A DNA stretch of 63,948 nucleotides, counting the filler, from Candidatus Hydrogenedentota bacterium (GTDB lineage: Bacteria > JBFMHD01): the NCBI GenBank assembly GCA_040752395.1. It is 11 parts of 11 records of this genome, joined end to end, with 100 filler letters (N's around TTAATTAATTAA, not from the genome) between each part and the next. Parts side by side here need not be neighbours in the genome. Positions count along the whole stretch, not along the records: positions 1 to 17,824 come from JBFMHD010000027.1; positions 17,925 to 21,095 come from JBFMHD010000274.1; 9 more parts are not named here. One strand, given 5' to 3'. The notes under the pieces were generated by a model. It did not search any database. It saw only the letters and a list, made by a program, of their open reading frames with translations, and was not told the DNA's origin. This document shows, piece by piece, positions 10,981-21,095 of the stretch (position 1 is its first letter; each line of letters begins with the position of its first letter). The translations under genes were made by a program, and so were the position numbers.

Positions 10981-11146
10981 ATTCTTATATCGTGAGATCT
11001 GTGCAATTCGCGCAGAATTTTAACCCAACTACATTGCATCAAAAGTCCCCATATAGAAGTTTGGTTGGTAGCACTGCCACCTTAGACTACTGCATCACTA
11101 ATATACCAAATACTCTAATAGTTTAAAGACACGAGCCAGGAGATGA

Positions 11147-11315
11147 CCTGAGTTTGACAGAATAAGCTAAAAAAAGCCGATATAAGTATTAAAATATCTT
11201 GCTAATATTAGAGTTAATTTTTTCGTTTCTAAAATCGGTAGTGTAAACCTATTAAATTTACTGGCAATTTTATACTGATTCTATTGTAGTTATATTTTCA
11301 ACTCTCAAACTCAGG
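11147..11315. mobile_element. 169-bp MITE with IS1634-like terminal inverted repeats
   Basis: Ends CCTGAGTTTGACAG and CTCTCAAACTCAGG form a 13/14 inverted match; no ORF inside. Confidence 0.6.
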
Positions 11316-11371
11316 AGATTCTACCGAAACAGAAAATATTTGACATAAAATTATATTTTGGTATAATTTAA

Positions 11372-11749
11372 AGGAAAGAACCAAAGTTATATTTATGGGA
11401 TTGGTCCGAGATCGAAGATGAAAATATTAGATTTGAAAATATGATAGCATCTCATCTTTTAAAATTCTGTGATTTTTTATTTGATGTTGAAGGTTATAGA
11501 GCAACTCTTTTTTATATACGAGATATAGAACAGCGAGAAGTTGATTTTTTAGTCTCTATAGATGGTAAACCATGGTTTTGCGTTGAGGTTAAGAACTCGT
11601 TTAGAGATATTCCAACGTCATTAAAATATTTCGGTTCAAGACTTAAAATTCCATTTATTTATGAAGTTGTAAGAGAAGATAATGTCGATTTTTTTAAGGA
11701 CAATATTCGTATTATGAGCGCAGATAAATTTTTAAGCGGACTAGTTTAA
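11372..11749 (+). pseudogene. C-terminal fragment of an AAA+ ATPase with DUF4143 domain
   Basis: KEPKLYLWDW...FENMIASHLLK...REVDFLV...EVK; no P-loop part upstream. Confidence 0.75.
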
Positions 11750-11975
11750 GTTATTTTATATTGATTGTTTTAATATTTCAATGAGATGAACTATGGCACG
11801 AGGGTTTCTCTGCCACTCTCTTTTATAGCTATAGTTTCATATTTTGTTTCTAAAAGCGGTATCATTGAACAAAGCATATTTTGATTGACTAAAAATTTGT
11901 TTGTGTAGATAAACAGCTTAATGAGGTTCGGTTTTTACAGATAAAGTTTTATAGACTTGAGCAAGTGGAGATAAA

Positions 11976-12854
11976 ATGATTGAGTTCAGAAAGATTGGTG
12001 TAATAGGTGGTGGCAACTTTGGTAGAGGGATCGCTCAAACTGCTTCAAGCGTTGGTCTTAATGTGATTATTATGGAAAAGGATGCAAGCGGTATTGAGAT
12101 ATCTAAAGGATGGTTGATTCAAGAAATGGACATTGAGATAAACAAATGGGGGATGACAGAGTCTGATAAAAAAGCGATTTTAAGCAGAATAGAATATACA
12201 CTTGACTGGAATAAATTTAAAGATATAGATATAGTTATTGAATCAGTGCCTGAATTATTCGAGGTAAAAGTTAAGAGTCTTATTAATATCGAGAGAGTTA
12301 TCTCTGAAAAAACAGTTATCGCAACGAATTGTGCAACACTTTCTATAACAGAACTTGCTTCAAAGCTTTCTAAACCCGAGAGATTAATAGGTGTGCATTT
12401 TCATTATCCTGTTGTCAAGCGACCGCTTGTAGAGATAGTACGTGGCTTAAAGACGACTCAGGAAACTTTTGAGATTGCCCGAGCATTGATCAAGGTATTA
12501 AAAAAGGAGTCAGTTGAGGTATTTGAATATCCCGGCTATATTACGACCCGTGCTATTTTGCCATTTTTAAATGAAGCGATGCATATAGTTATGGAGGGTG
12601 TAGCGAGTGTAGAGAATGTAGATAAAGCTATGAAGCTTGCATATGATTTAAAGATAGGGCCGCTTGAGCTTGCTGACCAGATAGGACTTGAGAAAGTTTT
12701 ATTCTGGATGGAGCATTTATTTGGCGAGTTGGGTGAGGCAAAATACAGAGCCTGCCCTATCTTAAGAAAAATGGTTCGAGCAGGTCATCTCGGTGTAAAA
12801 ACAGGTATCGGATTTTATAGATACAAAGATGGTAAAAAAGAGACGATAAAATGA
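11976..12854 (+). CDS. hbd: 3-hydroxybutyryl-CoA / 3-hydroxyacyl-CoA dehydrogenase
   Basis: GVIGGGNFGRGIA Rossmann motif, IESVPE, GPLELADQIG, GHLGVKTGIGFY. Confidence 0.88.
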   Translation: MIEFRKIGVIGGGNFGRGIAQTASSVGLNVIIMEKDASGIEISKGWLIQEMDIEINKWGMTESDKKAILSRIEYTLDWNKFKDIDIVIESVPELFEVKVKSLINIERVISEKTVIATNCATLSITELASKLSKPERLIGVHFHYPVVKRPLVEIVRGLKTTQETFEIARALIKVLKKESVEVFEYPGYITTRAILPFLNEAMHIVMEGVASVENVDKAMKLAYDLKIGPLELADQIGLEKVLFWMEHLFGELGEAKYRACPILRKMVRAGHLGVKTGIGFYRYKDGKKETIK

Positions 12855-12870
12855 GTCGGGGTCTAATGGC

Positions 12871-14097
12871 GTGAAGGTATTAACTTTAAATTGTGGCAGT
12901 TCATCTATAAAATTTTCAGTCATTGATACTGACCTTGATATAATCGAACGAAATGAAGATAAAATACTTGTAAAAGGGCAGATAGAGAAAATAGGGTTGC
13001 CAGGAACTTTAATCACTTATGAGGTTCCGGGTAAAGATGTATATAAAACCGCTTTATCTATATTTGACCATCAGGATGCGCTACATAAAATAGCAAGAAT
13101 GCTTACAACCGAAGAAACAAAAATCTTTGACAGGGTAGAAGATATTGAAGCAGTGGGGCATAGGATAGTTCACGGTGGCGAGATATTTTCTACATCTGTA
13201 AAGATTGATGAAAGAGTTGAGAAAGAGATAGAAAACTGTATAGAGTTTGCACCGCTACATAACCCTCATAACCTTAAAGGCTACCGCGTGGCGAAAAGTA
13301 TTTTCAGAAAAGCACCGCATGTAGCTATTTTTGATACAGGCTTCCATCATACAATGCCTGATTATGCATACATATATGCGTTACCTTATGTTTTTTATCA
13401 GAAATATAAAATACGAAGGTATGGTTTTCATGGTTCATCACACAGGTTTGTTTCATTCAGGGTTGCCTGTATCCTCGGGACTAAACGTGAAAAATTTAAG
13501 ATTATTACCATACATCTAGGGAATGGTTGCAGTATCTGTGCCATTGACAGAGGGAGATCAGTTGATACCTCTATGGGGTTTACGCCAGTTGAGGGGCTTG
13601 TAATGGGAACTCGAGGAGGTGATTTAGACCCTGCTGTTATATTGCATATAATCTCGCGCGAAGAGATTACGCTTCAGGAAGCTGATACTTTGTTAAATAA
13701 ACACAGCGGTCTTTACGGCGTTTCCGGGATATCGAGTGATTTACGCGAAATACTTAAAGCAATGAATGAAGGGAATTACAGAGCAAGGCTCGCAGTTGAT
13801 ATTTTCTGTTACAGACTGAAGAGATATATCTCAGCTTATATGGGTGTGCTTGAAGGAGCTGATATCATAGTTTTTACAGGTGGGATAGGAGAGAATGCAG
13901 CTATTATAAGAGAGAAATCAATACAAGGACTCGAGTTTATGGGAATAAGATTAGATAAAGAAAAAAATAACAAAGCCTTAGGGATCGAATCCTGCATAAG
14001 TGATGAACATTCAAAAGTTATGATTTTTGTTATACCTACAAACGAAGAGCTCGTTATAGCGCGGGATACTGTTCGTTGTATTATGGGCATTATTTGA
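12871..14097 (+). CDS. ackA: Acetate kinase
   Basis: LNCGSSSIK, GHRIVHGG, APLHNP, RRYGFHG, DTSMGFTP, FTGGIGEN, IPTNEEL. Confidence 0.97.
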   Translation: MKVLTLNCGSSSIKFSVIDTDLDIIERNEDKILVKGQIEKIGLPGTLITYEVPGKDVYKTALSIFDHQDALHKIARMLTTEETKIFDRVEDIEAVGHRIVHGGEIFSTSVKIDERVEKEIENCIEFAPLHNPHNLKGYRVAKSIFRKAPHVAIFDTGFHHTMPDYAYIYALPYVFYQKYKIRRYGFHGSSHRFVSFRVACILGTKREKFKIITIHLGNGCSICAIDRGRSVDTSMGFTPVEGLVMGTRGGDLDPAVILHIISREEITLQEADTLLNKHSGLYGVSGISSDLREILKAMNEGNYRARLAVDIFCYRLKRYISAYMGVLEGADIIVFTGGIGENAAIIREKSIQGLEFMGIRLDKEKNNKALGIESCISDEHSKVMIFVIPTNEELVIARDTVRCIMGII

Positions 14098-14190
14098 GAA
14101 TTAAAATTTAGAAGCAAGAAGTAAATATGCAAGATGCAAGAAACTGCTACGAATTAGAGGTGAGATTAAGAAATTTCACCGAAGCTTTAA
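14098..14190. repeat. Mosaic intergenic element (AGCAAGA heptamers plus GCAAGAAAC..ACGAATTAGAGG module)
   Basis: Shares a module with 36575-36618 (reverse complement). Confidence 0.7.
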
Positions 14191-14203
14191 TAGGATACGG
14201 ATT

Positions 14204-15334
14204 ATGCTTCTTTCTATAACTCCCAAATTAAGAAATAAAATAATTGGGGTCGGCGGGGATATAAAGATTAATATTTTTAAGTTAAATTATAATAGAATCA
14301 CAGAGTATAAAATCGAGGATGACATCTCTACTATCTCAGGCTGGAATAGATTTACTTTTTTGATGGCTGAATTAGTAGACAAAGACACAGTTATTCTTAT
14401 TGATAAACATCCTGCTTATTTTACCTCGAATTATATAAGAGACAATTTTAAGAACTTTAATATTATAGAGATCCCGCATCATTTTGCGCATGCCGCTCTA
14501 CCCTTAGTTGAAACAAAAAAAGAAAAAATAATCTGTGCTGTATTTGACGGCACTGGTTACGGCATTGATAATACTATCTGGGGTGGAGAATTTATTCAAT
14601 GTGCAAAAGAAGGATTTAAGAGATCAGGATGTATCGAGAGATTTCAATTAGTAGGTGGTGACCTTGCTGTTAAATCGCCTTATAGATGTGCACTCTCGCT
14701 TATACACAGACTCGATAAGGAATTAATAGATTTTACAATAAATCATTTAATCAAGGGTGTAGATAAAAGTAAAATAGATGCTATACTTAATATAATTCAT
14801 AAAAGTAAGAGTAAAATTTTTACCTCAAGTATGGGCAGATTATTTGATGCTGTAGCTGTTTTATGTGGGTTTGATAAAGAATTTACAGAAAAAGAAGCAG
14901 AACCCGCTATCTACCTTACTAATATAGCATCCTGCTTTCAGATAGACCCGAAAACCGATGGAGTAAAATCATACGAGCTTGGTATTGAAAGTATTGACGG
15001 ATTGTATGTTTTGATGTTAAATAGAATTATTGAAGGTATCATCAAGGATTTGAGAGACAAATTAGCTGTAGAATACGTTGCTTTTCGGTTTCATAAGACT
15101 ATAATTGAGGCTACGCAGAAAATCTTTGAATTACTTACCGAAAAAGAAAAGTGTAATTATTGTGCTTTAGCTGGCGGAGTCTTCCAAAACAAATTATTAA
15201 AAGAAGGATTAAATGATCTGGCTTTTATCTCAGAAAAGATAAGCTGTACTGATATAAGTCTTGGACTTGGACAGATATTTTACTATTTAATAAAAGAGGG
15301 ATACAATGTGTCTATCAGTGATTGGCAAAGTTGA
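14204..15334 (+). CDS. hypF: Short HypF carbamoyltransferase (Kae1-like domain only)
   Basis: DKHPAY, HHFAH, FDGTGYG..TIWGGEF, TSSMGRLFDA, AGGVFQN; lies upstream of hypCDE. Confidence 0.85.
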   Translation: MLLSITPKLRNKIIGVGGDIKINIFKLNYNRITEYKIEDDISTISGWNRFTFLMAELVDKDTVILIDKHPAYFTSNYIRDNFKNFNIIEIPHHFAHAALPLVETKKEKIICAVFDGTGYGIDNTIWGGEFIQCAKEGFKRSGCIERFQLVGGDLAVKSPYRCALSLIHRLDKELIDFTINHLIKGVDKSKIDAILNIIHKSKSKIFTSSMGRLFDAVAVLCGFDKEFTEKEAEPAIYLTNIASCFQIDPKTDGVKSYELGIESIDGLYVLMLNRIIEGIIKDLRDKLAVEYVAFRFHKTIIEATQKIFELLTEKEKCNYCALAGGVFQNKLLKEGLNDLAFISEKISCTDISLGLGQIFYYLIKEGYNVSISDWQS

Positions 15335-15542
15335 AGAGATTAAAAATAACATTGCTACGGTTGAGGTCTTTGGTGCCAGAACCCAATGTTTACTTGATTT
15401 GTTAGCTGAATCAGTGACAATCGGAGATTATGTGCTTTTACATGCTGGTTTTGCCATAAACAAACTTGACAAAGATGAAGCTATTAAAACTATAAACGAT
15501 ATAAAAAAGATTATGAGTATAGAAGATGATAGAAATAGTTGA
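15306..15542 (+). CDS. hypC: Hydrogenase maturation chaperone HypC
   Basis: MCLSVIGK, GDYVLLHAGFAI. Confidence 0.96.
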   Translation: MCLSVIGKVEEIKNNIATVEVFGARTQCLLDLLAESVTIGDYVLLHAGFAINKLDKDEAIKTINDIKKIMSIEDDRNS

Positions 15543-16587
15543 AGAGATAAGAAAGGTAGCTAATCAATTGGATAGAAAAGTAAAGATTATGGAAGTATGC
15601 GGAACGCATACTATGGCTATTCGGCGTTTCGGCATACATAACCTGATGCCACAAAATGTTGAACTGATATCAGGTCCAGGATGCCCTGTATGCGTAACCC
15701 CTGTATCTATGATTGACATAGCGATCCAGCTTATGCAGGACCCAACTAATATCTTAGTTGTTTTTGGGGATATGGTGCGGGTTCCGGGCAGTAAAACCTC
15801 CATCGAAAAAGAGAGAACAAAAAATAATAATCTTAAGGTTGTTTTTTCTCCGTTTGATATAGTAAAAATAACAGAAGAAAACTCGGATAAAAATATTATA
15901 TTTTTCGTTGTAGGGTTTGAAACAACTTTACCAGGGATAGCCTGGACAATTAAAAGTATAAAAGAAAAAAATATAAAGAATTTTTATTGTATCTCTGCAG
16001 GCAAATTTATACCACCTGCAATGGAAGCCATTGTTTGCGATAAAGAACTGAATATAGATGCTTTTTTATGTCCCGGACATGTTAGTGTTATCATAGGTTC
16101 CAGACCTTATGAATTTATCTCAAAGGATTATCAAAAAGTCTGTGTTATATCAGGATTTGAAGCACTTGATATTTTAGAGTCAATATTAATTATAATTAAA
16201 TTGCTTAGAAATAATGATATAAAAACAGAGATTCAATATACGCGGGCTGTTAAGAAAGATGGCAATAAAAAAGCAAAAATGATAATGACCGAGGTTTTTG
16301 ATTCCTGCGACTCAATATGGCGCGGTGTGGGAAAGATTCCACACAGCGGTACGGTGTTAAGAGAAGGATATAAAATATATGATATAAAAGAGAGATTCAA
16401 GATAGAAGAGATAAAAGAAGAAACAAATAAATTATGTATCTGTGGTGATATCTTAAAAGGCAAACAGAAACCGATAGATTGTAAATTATTCACTGAGGTA
16501 TGTACACCAGCGAACCCTGTTGGCGCGTGTATGGTATCACAGGAAGGTACCTGCGCAGCGTATTATAAATATGGAGGCACGAGATGA
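15526..16587 (+). CDS. hypD: Hydrogenase maturation protein HypD
   Basis: MEVCGTHT, GPGCPVCVTP, GFETT, PGHVS, GACMVSQEGTCAAYY. Confidence 0.97.
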   Translation: MIEIVEEIRKVANQLDRKVKIMEVCGTHTMAIRRFGIHNLMPQNVELISGPGCPVCVTPVSMIDIAIQLMQDPTNILVVFGDMVRVPGSKTSIEKERTKNNNLKVVFSPFDIVKITEENSDKNIIFFVVGFETTLPGIAWTIKSIKEKNIKNFYCISAGKFIPPAMEAIVCDKELNIDAFLCPGHVSVIIGSRPYEFISKDYQKVCVISGFEALDILESILIIIKLLRNNDIKTEIQYTRAVKKDGNKKAKMIMTEVFDSCDSIWRGVGKIPHSGTVLREGYKIYDIKERFKIEEIKEETNKLCICGDILKGKQKPIDCKLFTEVCTPANPVGACMVSQEGTCAAYYKYGGTR

Positions 16588-17597
16588 CTGAAGAAACACG
16601 GATTACCTTACAGACCGGTGCTGGTGGCGCTAAAATGCATGAATTCCTGAATAAGATAGGCTGTGAAAAACTTGGTATTCCTGAAAAATTTATGGAGACA
16701 GATAGCTTTACATTTAAAGCCGGAAAAAAGAATTATAATTTTACAACTGATATGTTTGTTGTGACACCTTTATTCTTTAATGGTGGTGATATTGGTAAAC
16801 TCTCAGTCTGTGGAACTGTAAATGATTTAATAACAGGTGGTGCTAAACCTTTATATTTAGCACTCGCATTAGTTATTGAAGAAGGATTTTTAGAAGAAGA
16901 ACTTTTTAAAATCCTAAAATCTATAAAAGATACAGCTAAAGAGGCAGGTGTTGAAATTGTTACAGGTGATACGAAGGTTGTAAGAAGAGGCGAGTGCGAT
17001 GGATGTTTTATATGCACCACAGGCATAGGAGAACAGATACTTAAAAATAGACCCAACCCGGCACGAGTAGAAGATGGCGATATAATAATAATTACAGGTA
17101 CAATAGGTGACCATAGTGTTGCGATATTAGAGGCACGAGAAGAGTTTGGTATAAAAACAGGTATCAGTAGTGATTGTGCTTCCCTTAATAAACCATTTTT
17201 AGAAGTATTCGAGTCTGGTATAGATTGCAAATTTTTAAGAGACCCGACACGGGGAGGGCTCGCCTCGGTCTTAAATGAACTTGTGTTAAGTTCAGATTCA
17301 CGCATTGAGATATTTGAAAAAAATGTACCGGTTAGAAAAGAGGTGGTAGGGTTTTGTGAGCTTACTGGACTTGATTATTTAAATTTAGCGAATGAAGGAA
17401 AAATGGTTATCGTTATAAAAGAGAAAGAAAAAGATAAAACCCTGGATATATTAAAAAAACATAGATTGACTGAGGAAGCGGATGTTATCGGCAGGATATC
17501 AAAAAAAGAGAAACCTGTTGTTATTCTTCATACAGCTATTGGCAGCACACGTATAGTACCTTTCCCTGTTGGCGAATTATTACCGCGGATATGTTAG
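16584..17597 (+). CDS. hypE: Hydrogenase maturation protein HypE
   Basis: GGDIGKLSVCGTVND, GDTKVV, RDPTRGG and C-terminal LPRIC. Confidence 0.97.
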   Translation: MTEETRITLQTGAGGAKMHEFLNKIGCEKLGIPEKFMETDSFTFKAGKKNYNFTTDMFVVTPLFFNGGDIGKLSVCGTVNDLITGGAKPLYLALALVIEEGFLEEELFKILKSIKDTAKEAGVEIVTGDTKVVRRGECDGCFICTTGIGEQILKNRPNPARVEDGDIIIITGTIGDHSVAILEAREEFGIKTGISSDCASLNKPFLEVFESGIDCKFLRDPTRGGLASVLNELVLSSDSRIEIFEKNVPVRKEVVGFCELTGLDYLNLANEGKMVIVIKEKEKDKTLDILKKHRLTEEADVIGRISKKEKPVVILHTAIGSTRIVPFPVGELLPRIC

Positions 17598-17824
17598 TCT
17601 GCGTTACGGACTACAGGCCTCGGGCTTCGGGCTTTTGTCTCCAGCCGGCTGTAGTCCGTAGCCTCTAGCCTGTCCCCCGAATTATTAGAGTTACAGCGTT
17701 TTTCAGAGGAGTCATCATGCGGTGCGTTGCACCGCTACACAAAGCCTGAAAAACCAGATTCAGACGTTTTCTTGCCTCTTGCTTCTTGCCTCTTTCGTTA
17801 TCTTTCTTTCCGTTATCTTGCTTC
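17598..17824. repeat. Mosaic intergenic element at a contig end (GACTACAG hairpin, RBS module, REP-like hairpin, TCTTGC heptamers)
   Basis: Stem TACGGACTACAG...CTGTAGTCCGTA; GTTACAGCGTTTTTCAGAGGAG; GCGGTGCGTTGCACCGCTACAC. Confidence 0.9.
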
Positions 17825-17924
17825 NNNNNNNNNNNNNNNNNNNNNNNNNNNNNNNNNNNNNNNNNNNNTTAATTAATTAANNNNNNNNNNNNNNNNNNNN
17901 NNNNNNNNNNNNNNNNNNNNNNNN
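17825..17924. other. Artificial contig spacer (also at 21096, 24360, 27618, 30870, 34065, 37206, 55086, 58222 and 61333)
   Basis: 100-nt block of Ns containing TTAATTAATTAA, which puts stops in all six frames. Confidence 0.99.
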
Positions 17925-18075
17925 TGCGTGTTTGCGTTCTACACAAAGTATGAAAAACTAAGGATGATATGTTGGCTTCAGGCTCCGGGCTTCGGGCTCC
18001 AGCCAGCTGTAGTCCGTAGCCTGTAGCCTGTCCTGATACTTCTCACTTCTTAGTTTTTTCGTTATCTTGCTTCTA
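17925..18075. repeat. Mosaic intergenic element at a contig start
   Basis: CTACACAAAGTATGAAAAACTAA and GGCTCCAGCC.GCTGTAGTCCGTAGCCTGTAGCCTGTCCTGATAC modules; ends in TCTTGCTTCTA, overlapping the stop codon of the M48 gene. Confidence 0.9.
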
Positions 18076-19365
18076 ATATGGTAATGGTATGCCACCCAGA
18101 AAGCCCTTTAATTTCTTAACAGCATTTTTTTTATTTTTGGTTCTGGTTTCCTGTTCTTCTCCCCTGGTGCTTGCCCCATCTTTTTTTGGTCGAATCTCAT
18201 ATCCGAATCTCATATACCCCTCAAACCTCGTTCTTCTTATCTCGAAACCATCTTTATCAACACTATTTTCATCATAATCTTCTAATAATTTTTTTATTCT
18301 ATCTATACGGTTTTGTGGTTCTGGGTGGTTATTCAAAAACGAGCCAATTATCTTGTTTTTTATTCTTTTGGTATTCTCAAATTTTTCTAAAACTGAAATA
18401 AAATGATACGGATTATAGCCTAAATTAATCAAATAAGTAACAGCCTGTTTATCAGCCTCATATTCATCAGCCCGACTAAAACTATTTTTAATCAGTGTTT
18501 TATTTAACACCTCCCCTGCTATTTTATATTTAAAAGCCTCATCCTCCAACGCAAAACCCATAACACCGTCAACCATCTCTTTCTTTGCCTCACCTCTGCT
18601 ATGATGTCTTAATGTTATATGTGAGATTTCATGACATAATACAGCTGCAAGTTCATCCTCGTTTTCTAATATATTCAAAAATTCTTCAGAGATAAACATA
18701 TATCCTGAAGTTGTTGTAAACGCATTCACTTTTTCATCGTAGAAAATATCTATTTTGTATTTTAATTCAGGTCTTGTGGTAATTTCTGCAATCGTCTGGA
18801 GTAATAAATTAAGATAATAAATTCTGGCAAGATGTATATCGAGGTTAGAAAATTCATTATCATTAAAAACCACAGGGTAGGTTTTTAATATTTTACAGGA
18901 ACAATATCTGTTTTGTTTTTTAAAGGTATTGATTAAGACTTGAGCCGTTGCTTCACCTGTCTGGATTTCTTCTTCCTCGCTTGTCAGCCATTTAGCTACT
19001 CTGTACTTTCTTTTGTCTTCTTTTTCTCCTTCACATTTATTCAATCTGCCAGTTTCTATAAACGCATCTATCTCTTCATCACTAAAAACTATGTATTCAA
19101 GATCTACTACTAAATCATCTATCGTTTGTTCTTTCTCGAGTTTCAATTCATCAGCCCCACGAACACCAACAACCTGAACAGGTGTAGCAACTTCATAAGT
19201 CTGTCGCTCTATAGTACCTATGGAAGCAAGATTATGTTTGCCCTCTTGAAGTTTTAATCTATGCAATATCTCGGGTCTTAATTTCCTGGTATCACTTTCT
19301 TCTGCATAAAGCAGTAGTACCTGTACTAAAAAACAAAATATGAATATAATTAATTTTTTCTTCAT
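18073..19365 (-). CDS. Secreted M48 family metallopeptidase
   Basis: Signal peptide; VNAF...G, ELAAVLCHEISH (HExxH), EYEAD, HP..R. Confidence 0.88.
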   Translation of the reverse strand: MKKKLIIFIFCFLVQVLLLYAEESDTRKLRPEILHRLKLQEGKHNLASIGTIERQTYEVATPVQVVGVRGADELKLEKEQTIDDLVVDLEYIVFSDEEIDAFIETGRLNKCEGEKEDKRKYRVAKWLTSEEEEIQTGEATAQVLINTFKKQNRYCSCKILKTYPVVFNDNEFSNLDIHLARIYYLNLLLQTIAEITTRPELKYKIDIFYDEKVNAFTTTSGYMFISEEFLNILENEDELAAVLCHEISHITLRHHSRGEAKKEMVDGVMGFALEDEAFKYKIAGEVLNKTLIKNSFSRADEYEADKQAVTYLINLGYNPYHFISVLEKFENTKRIKNKIIGSFLNNHPEPQNRIDRIKKLLEDYDENSVDKDGFEIRRTRFEGYMRFGYEIRPKKDGASTRGEEQETRTKNKKNAVKKLKGFLGGIPLPY

Positions 19366-19404
19366 AGCTTTTATCCTGCCTATTTAAAAAATAAATACTG
19401 TCAA

Positions 19405-19660
19405 GCATTTTTTTTGAGATTTCTTCTGAAAAACTTCGCAACTATAATAATATCAAGTAGAAGCAAAAGGCAAGAGGCAAGATATTCGAAATTGAAGATT
19501 GGAAATTGGAGATTGCAAAATGAATGAAAAAATGACGTAGTGAGGGTCACAAGACCCGTAGTAAGCAAATAAATTTGCAATTTAATATTTGCAATTTGTA
19601 ATTTACAATTGAAGCGAAACGACAAAAGTAGTGAGGGTCGCAAGAGCCGTAGTAAAGATG
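19405..19660. repeat. Mosaic intergenic element (RBS-module variant, AATTGCA-type inverted heptamers, two GTAG hairpins)
   Basis: GTAGTGAGGGTCACAAGACCCGTAG at 19537 with a variant near 19628; same module in reverse complement near 36430. Confidence 0.88.
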
Positions 19661-19708
19661 AAATAAATCCCTTGTTAAAAATTAAATGCTTGATATATTG
19701 ACCTTGCT

Positions 19709-20782
19709 ATGAGACGAGGTATAGCGAATCTGCCATTGCATAACGGGTATGCACCGAGATGGCTGTTTGACCGTATGGTCAGGCTGGCAAAAGAGATTGT
19801 AAAAGTTATTGTTACCGATTTTTCGCCTGAGGAACTGCTAAGAAGATTGTCTGACCCGTTCTGGTTTCAAGCGTTTGGTTGCGTTCTCGGGTTCGACTGG
19901 CATTCGAGTGGTATTACAACAACCGTGTGTGGCGCTGTGAAACAGGGTCTGAAGGATATAAATAAGGAACTCGGGATTTATGTTGCTGGAGGTAAAGGTA
20001 AAACTTCAAGAAAAACTCCACAAGAGATAGAAAACTATTGTTCTATACTGGGTATTGACAGCAGACCACTGGTTTATGCAAGCAAACTCTCAGCCAAGGT
20101 TGACAACTCCGCTGTGCAGGATGGTTACCAGTTGTACCATCATTGTTTTATATTTACCACACAAGGCAGATGGTGTGTTGTACAACAGGGTATGAACGAG
20201 AATAACTGTTATGCTCGAAGGTATCATTGGTTCTCTGATACCCTCTATAGTTTTGTGAATGAACCGCATAACGCTGTATGCTGTGATTTACGGAAACCTT
20301 CACTTAATATGGTGGCTGCTGAGAGTATCGGCTCGAGAGATAAATCCGTAGAAATTGCTAACATACACCCTGAAAAACTAACAAAAGAGGTATCAAAAGT
20401 TTTGAGTCTTACTTTACCACAGAGACATGAAATAACAATAGATGACATAAACAGTAAGAGGTTGCAAAAGATATTGGTATCCACTTATGAACAGAAGCCC
20501 GAAAATTATGAGAGTTTGCTTGGATTACAGGGAGTAGGACCAAAAACAGTCAGGGCTCTGGCTTTGATAGCTGAGCTTATATATGGAACAAAAGCAAGTT
20601 ACAAAGACCCGGCACGTTACAGTTTTGCTCACGGCGGTAAAGACGGGTATCCGTATCCTGTAAACAGAGAAGTATATGATAATTCTATACATTATTTAAA
20701 AGAATGTATAAATAGCGCAAAGATTGAATATACTGAAAAGAAGAAAGCGTTTCAGAGACTGAAGTTGTTTGTTAATTTATGA
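19709..20782 (+). CDS. DUF763 family protein
   Basis: LPLH.G.AP.WL, SDPFWFQAFGCVLGFDWHSSG, AKVDNSAVQDGYQLYHH, FAHGGKDG. Confidence 0.92.
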   Translation: MRRGIANLPLHNGYAPRWLFDRMVRLAKEIVKVIVTDFSPEELLRRLSDPFWFQAFGCVLGFDWHSSGITTTVCGAVKQGLKDINKELGIYVAGGKGKTSRKTPQEIENYCSILGIDSRPLVYASKLSAKVDNSAVQDGYQLYHHCFIFTTQGRWCVVQQGMNENNCYARRYHWFSDTLYSFVNEPHNAVCCDLRKPSLNMVAAESIGSRDKSVEIANIHPEKLTKEVSKVLSLTLPQRHEITIDDINSKRLQKILVSTYEQKPENYESLLGLQGVGPKTVRALALIAELIYGTKASYKDPARYSFAHGGKDGYPYPVNREVYDNSIHYLKECINSAKIEYTEKKKAFQRLKLFVNL

Positions 20783-20819
20783 AATACCCAACAGCTTTTC
20801 ATCTATCAAAGAAAAAATA

Positions 20820-21095
20820 ATATTTACAGAAGGAGTCAACATGAGTGCGGGTCGCGCTCTACACTATTTGGTTCTTGGGTTCTTGGGTTCTTGGGTTATT
20901 GGGTTCTTGGGTTATTGCGTTTTTGTGCTCTACACAAAGGATGAAAAACTAAAGATGATATGAAAAGAGTCGTGAGTCGCAAGTCGTGAGTCAAAACAGG
21001 ACTCGAGACTCAAGACTCAAGACTTTTCAGCAGGCTCTGGGCTTTTGGCTCCAGCCGGCTGTAGTCCGTAGCCTGTAGCCTGTCCTGATACCTCT
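20820..21095. repeat. Mosaic intergenic element at a contig end (REP-like, GGTTCTT, GAGTC/GACTC and GTAGCCT modules)
   Basis: Modules recur nearly identically at 24240-24359, 31240-31410, 34165-34350, 35180-35420 and 37075-37205. Confidence 0.92.

Noticed and set aside
19401-20963. ORFs 19401-19643 and 20769-20963 (also 54949-55137 and 31064-31282)
   Set aside because: They are largely translations of repeat DNA with no protein-family signal.
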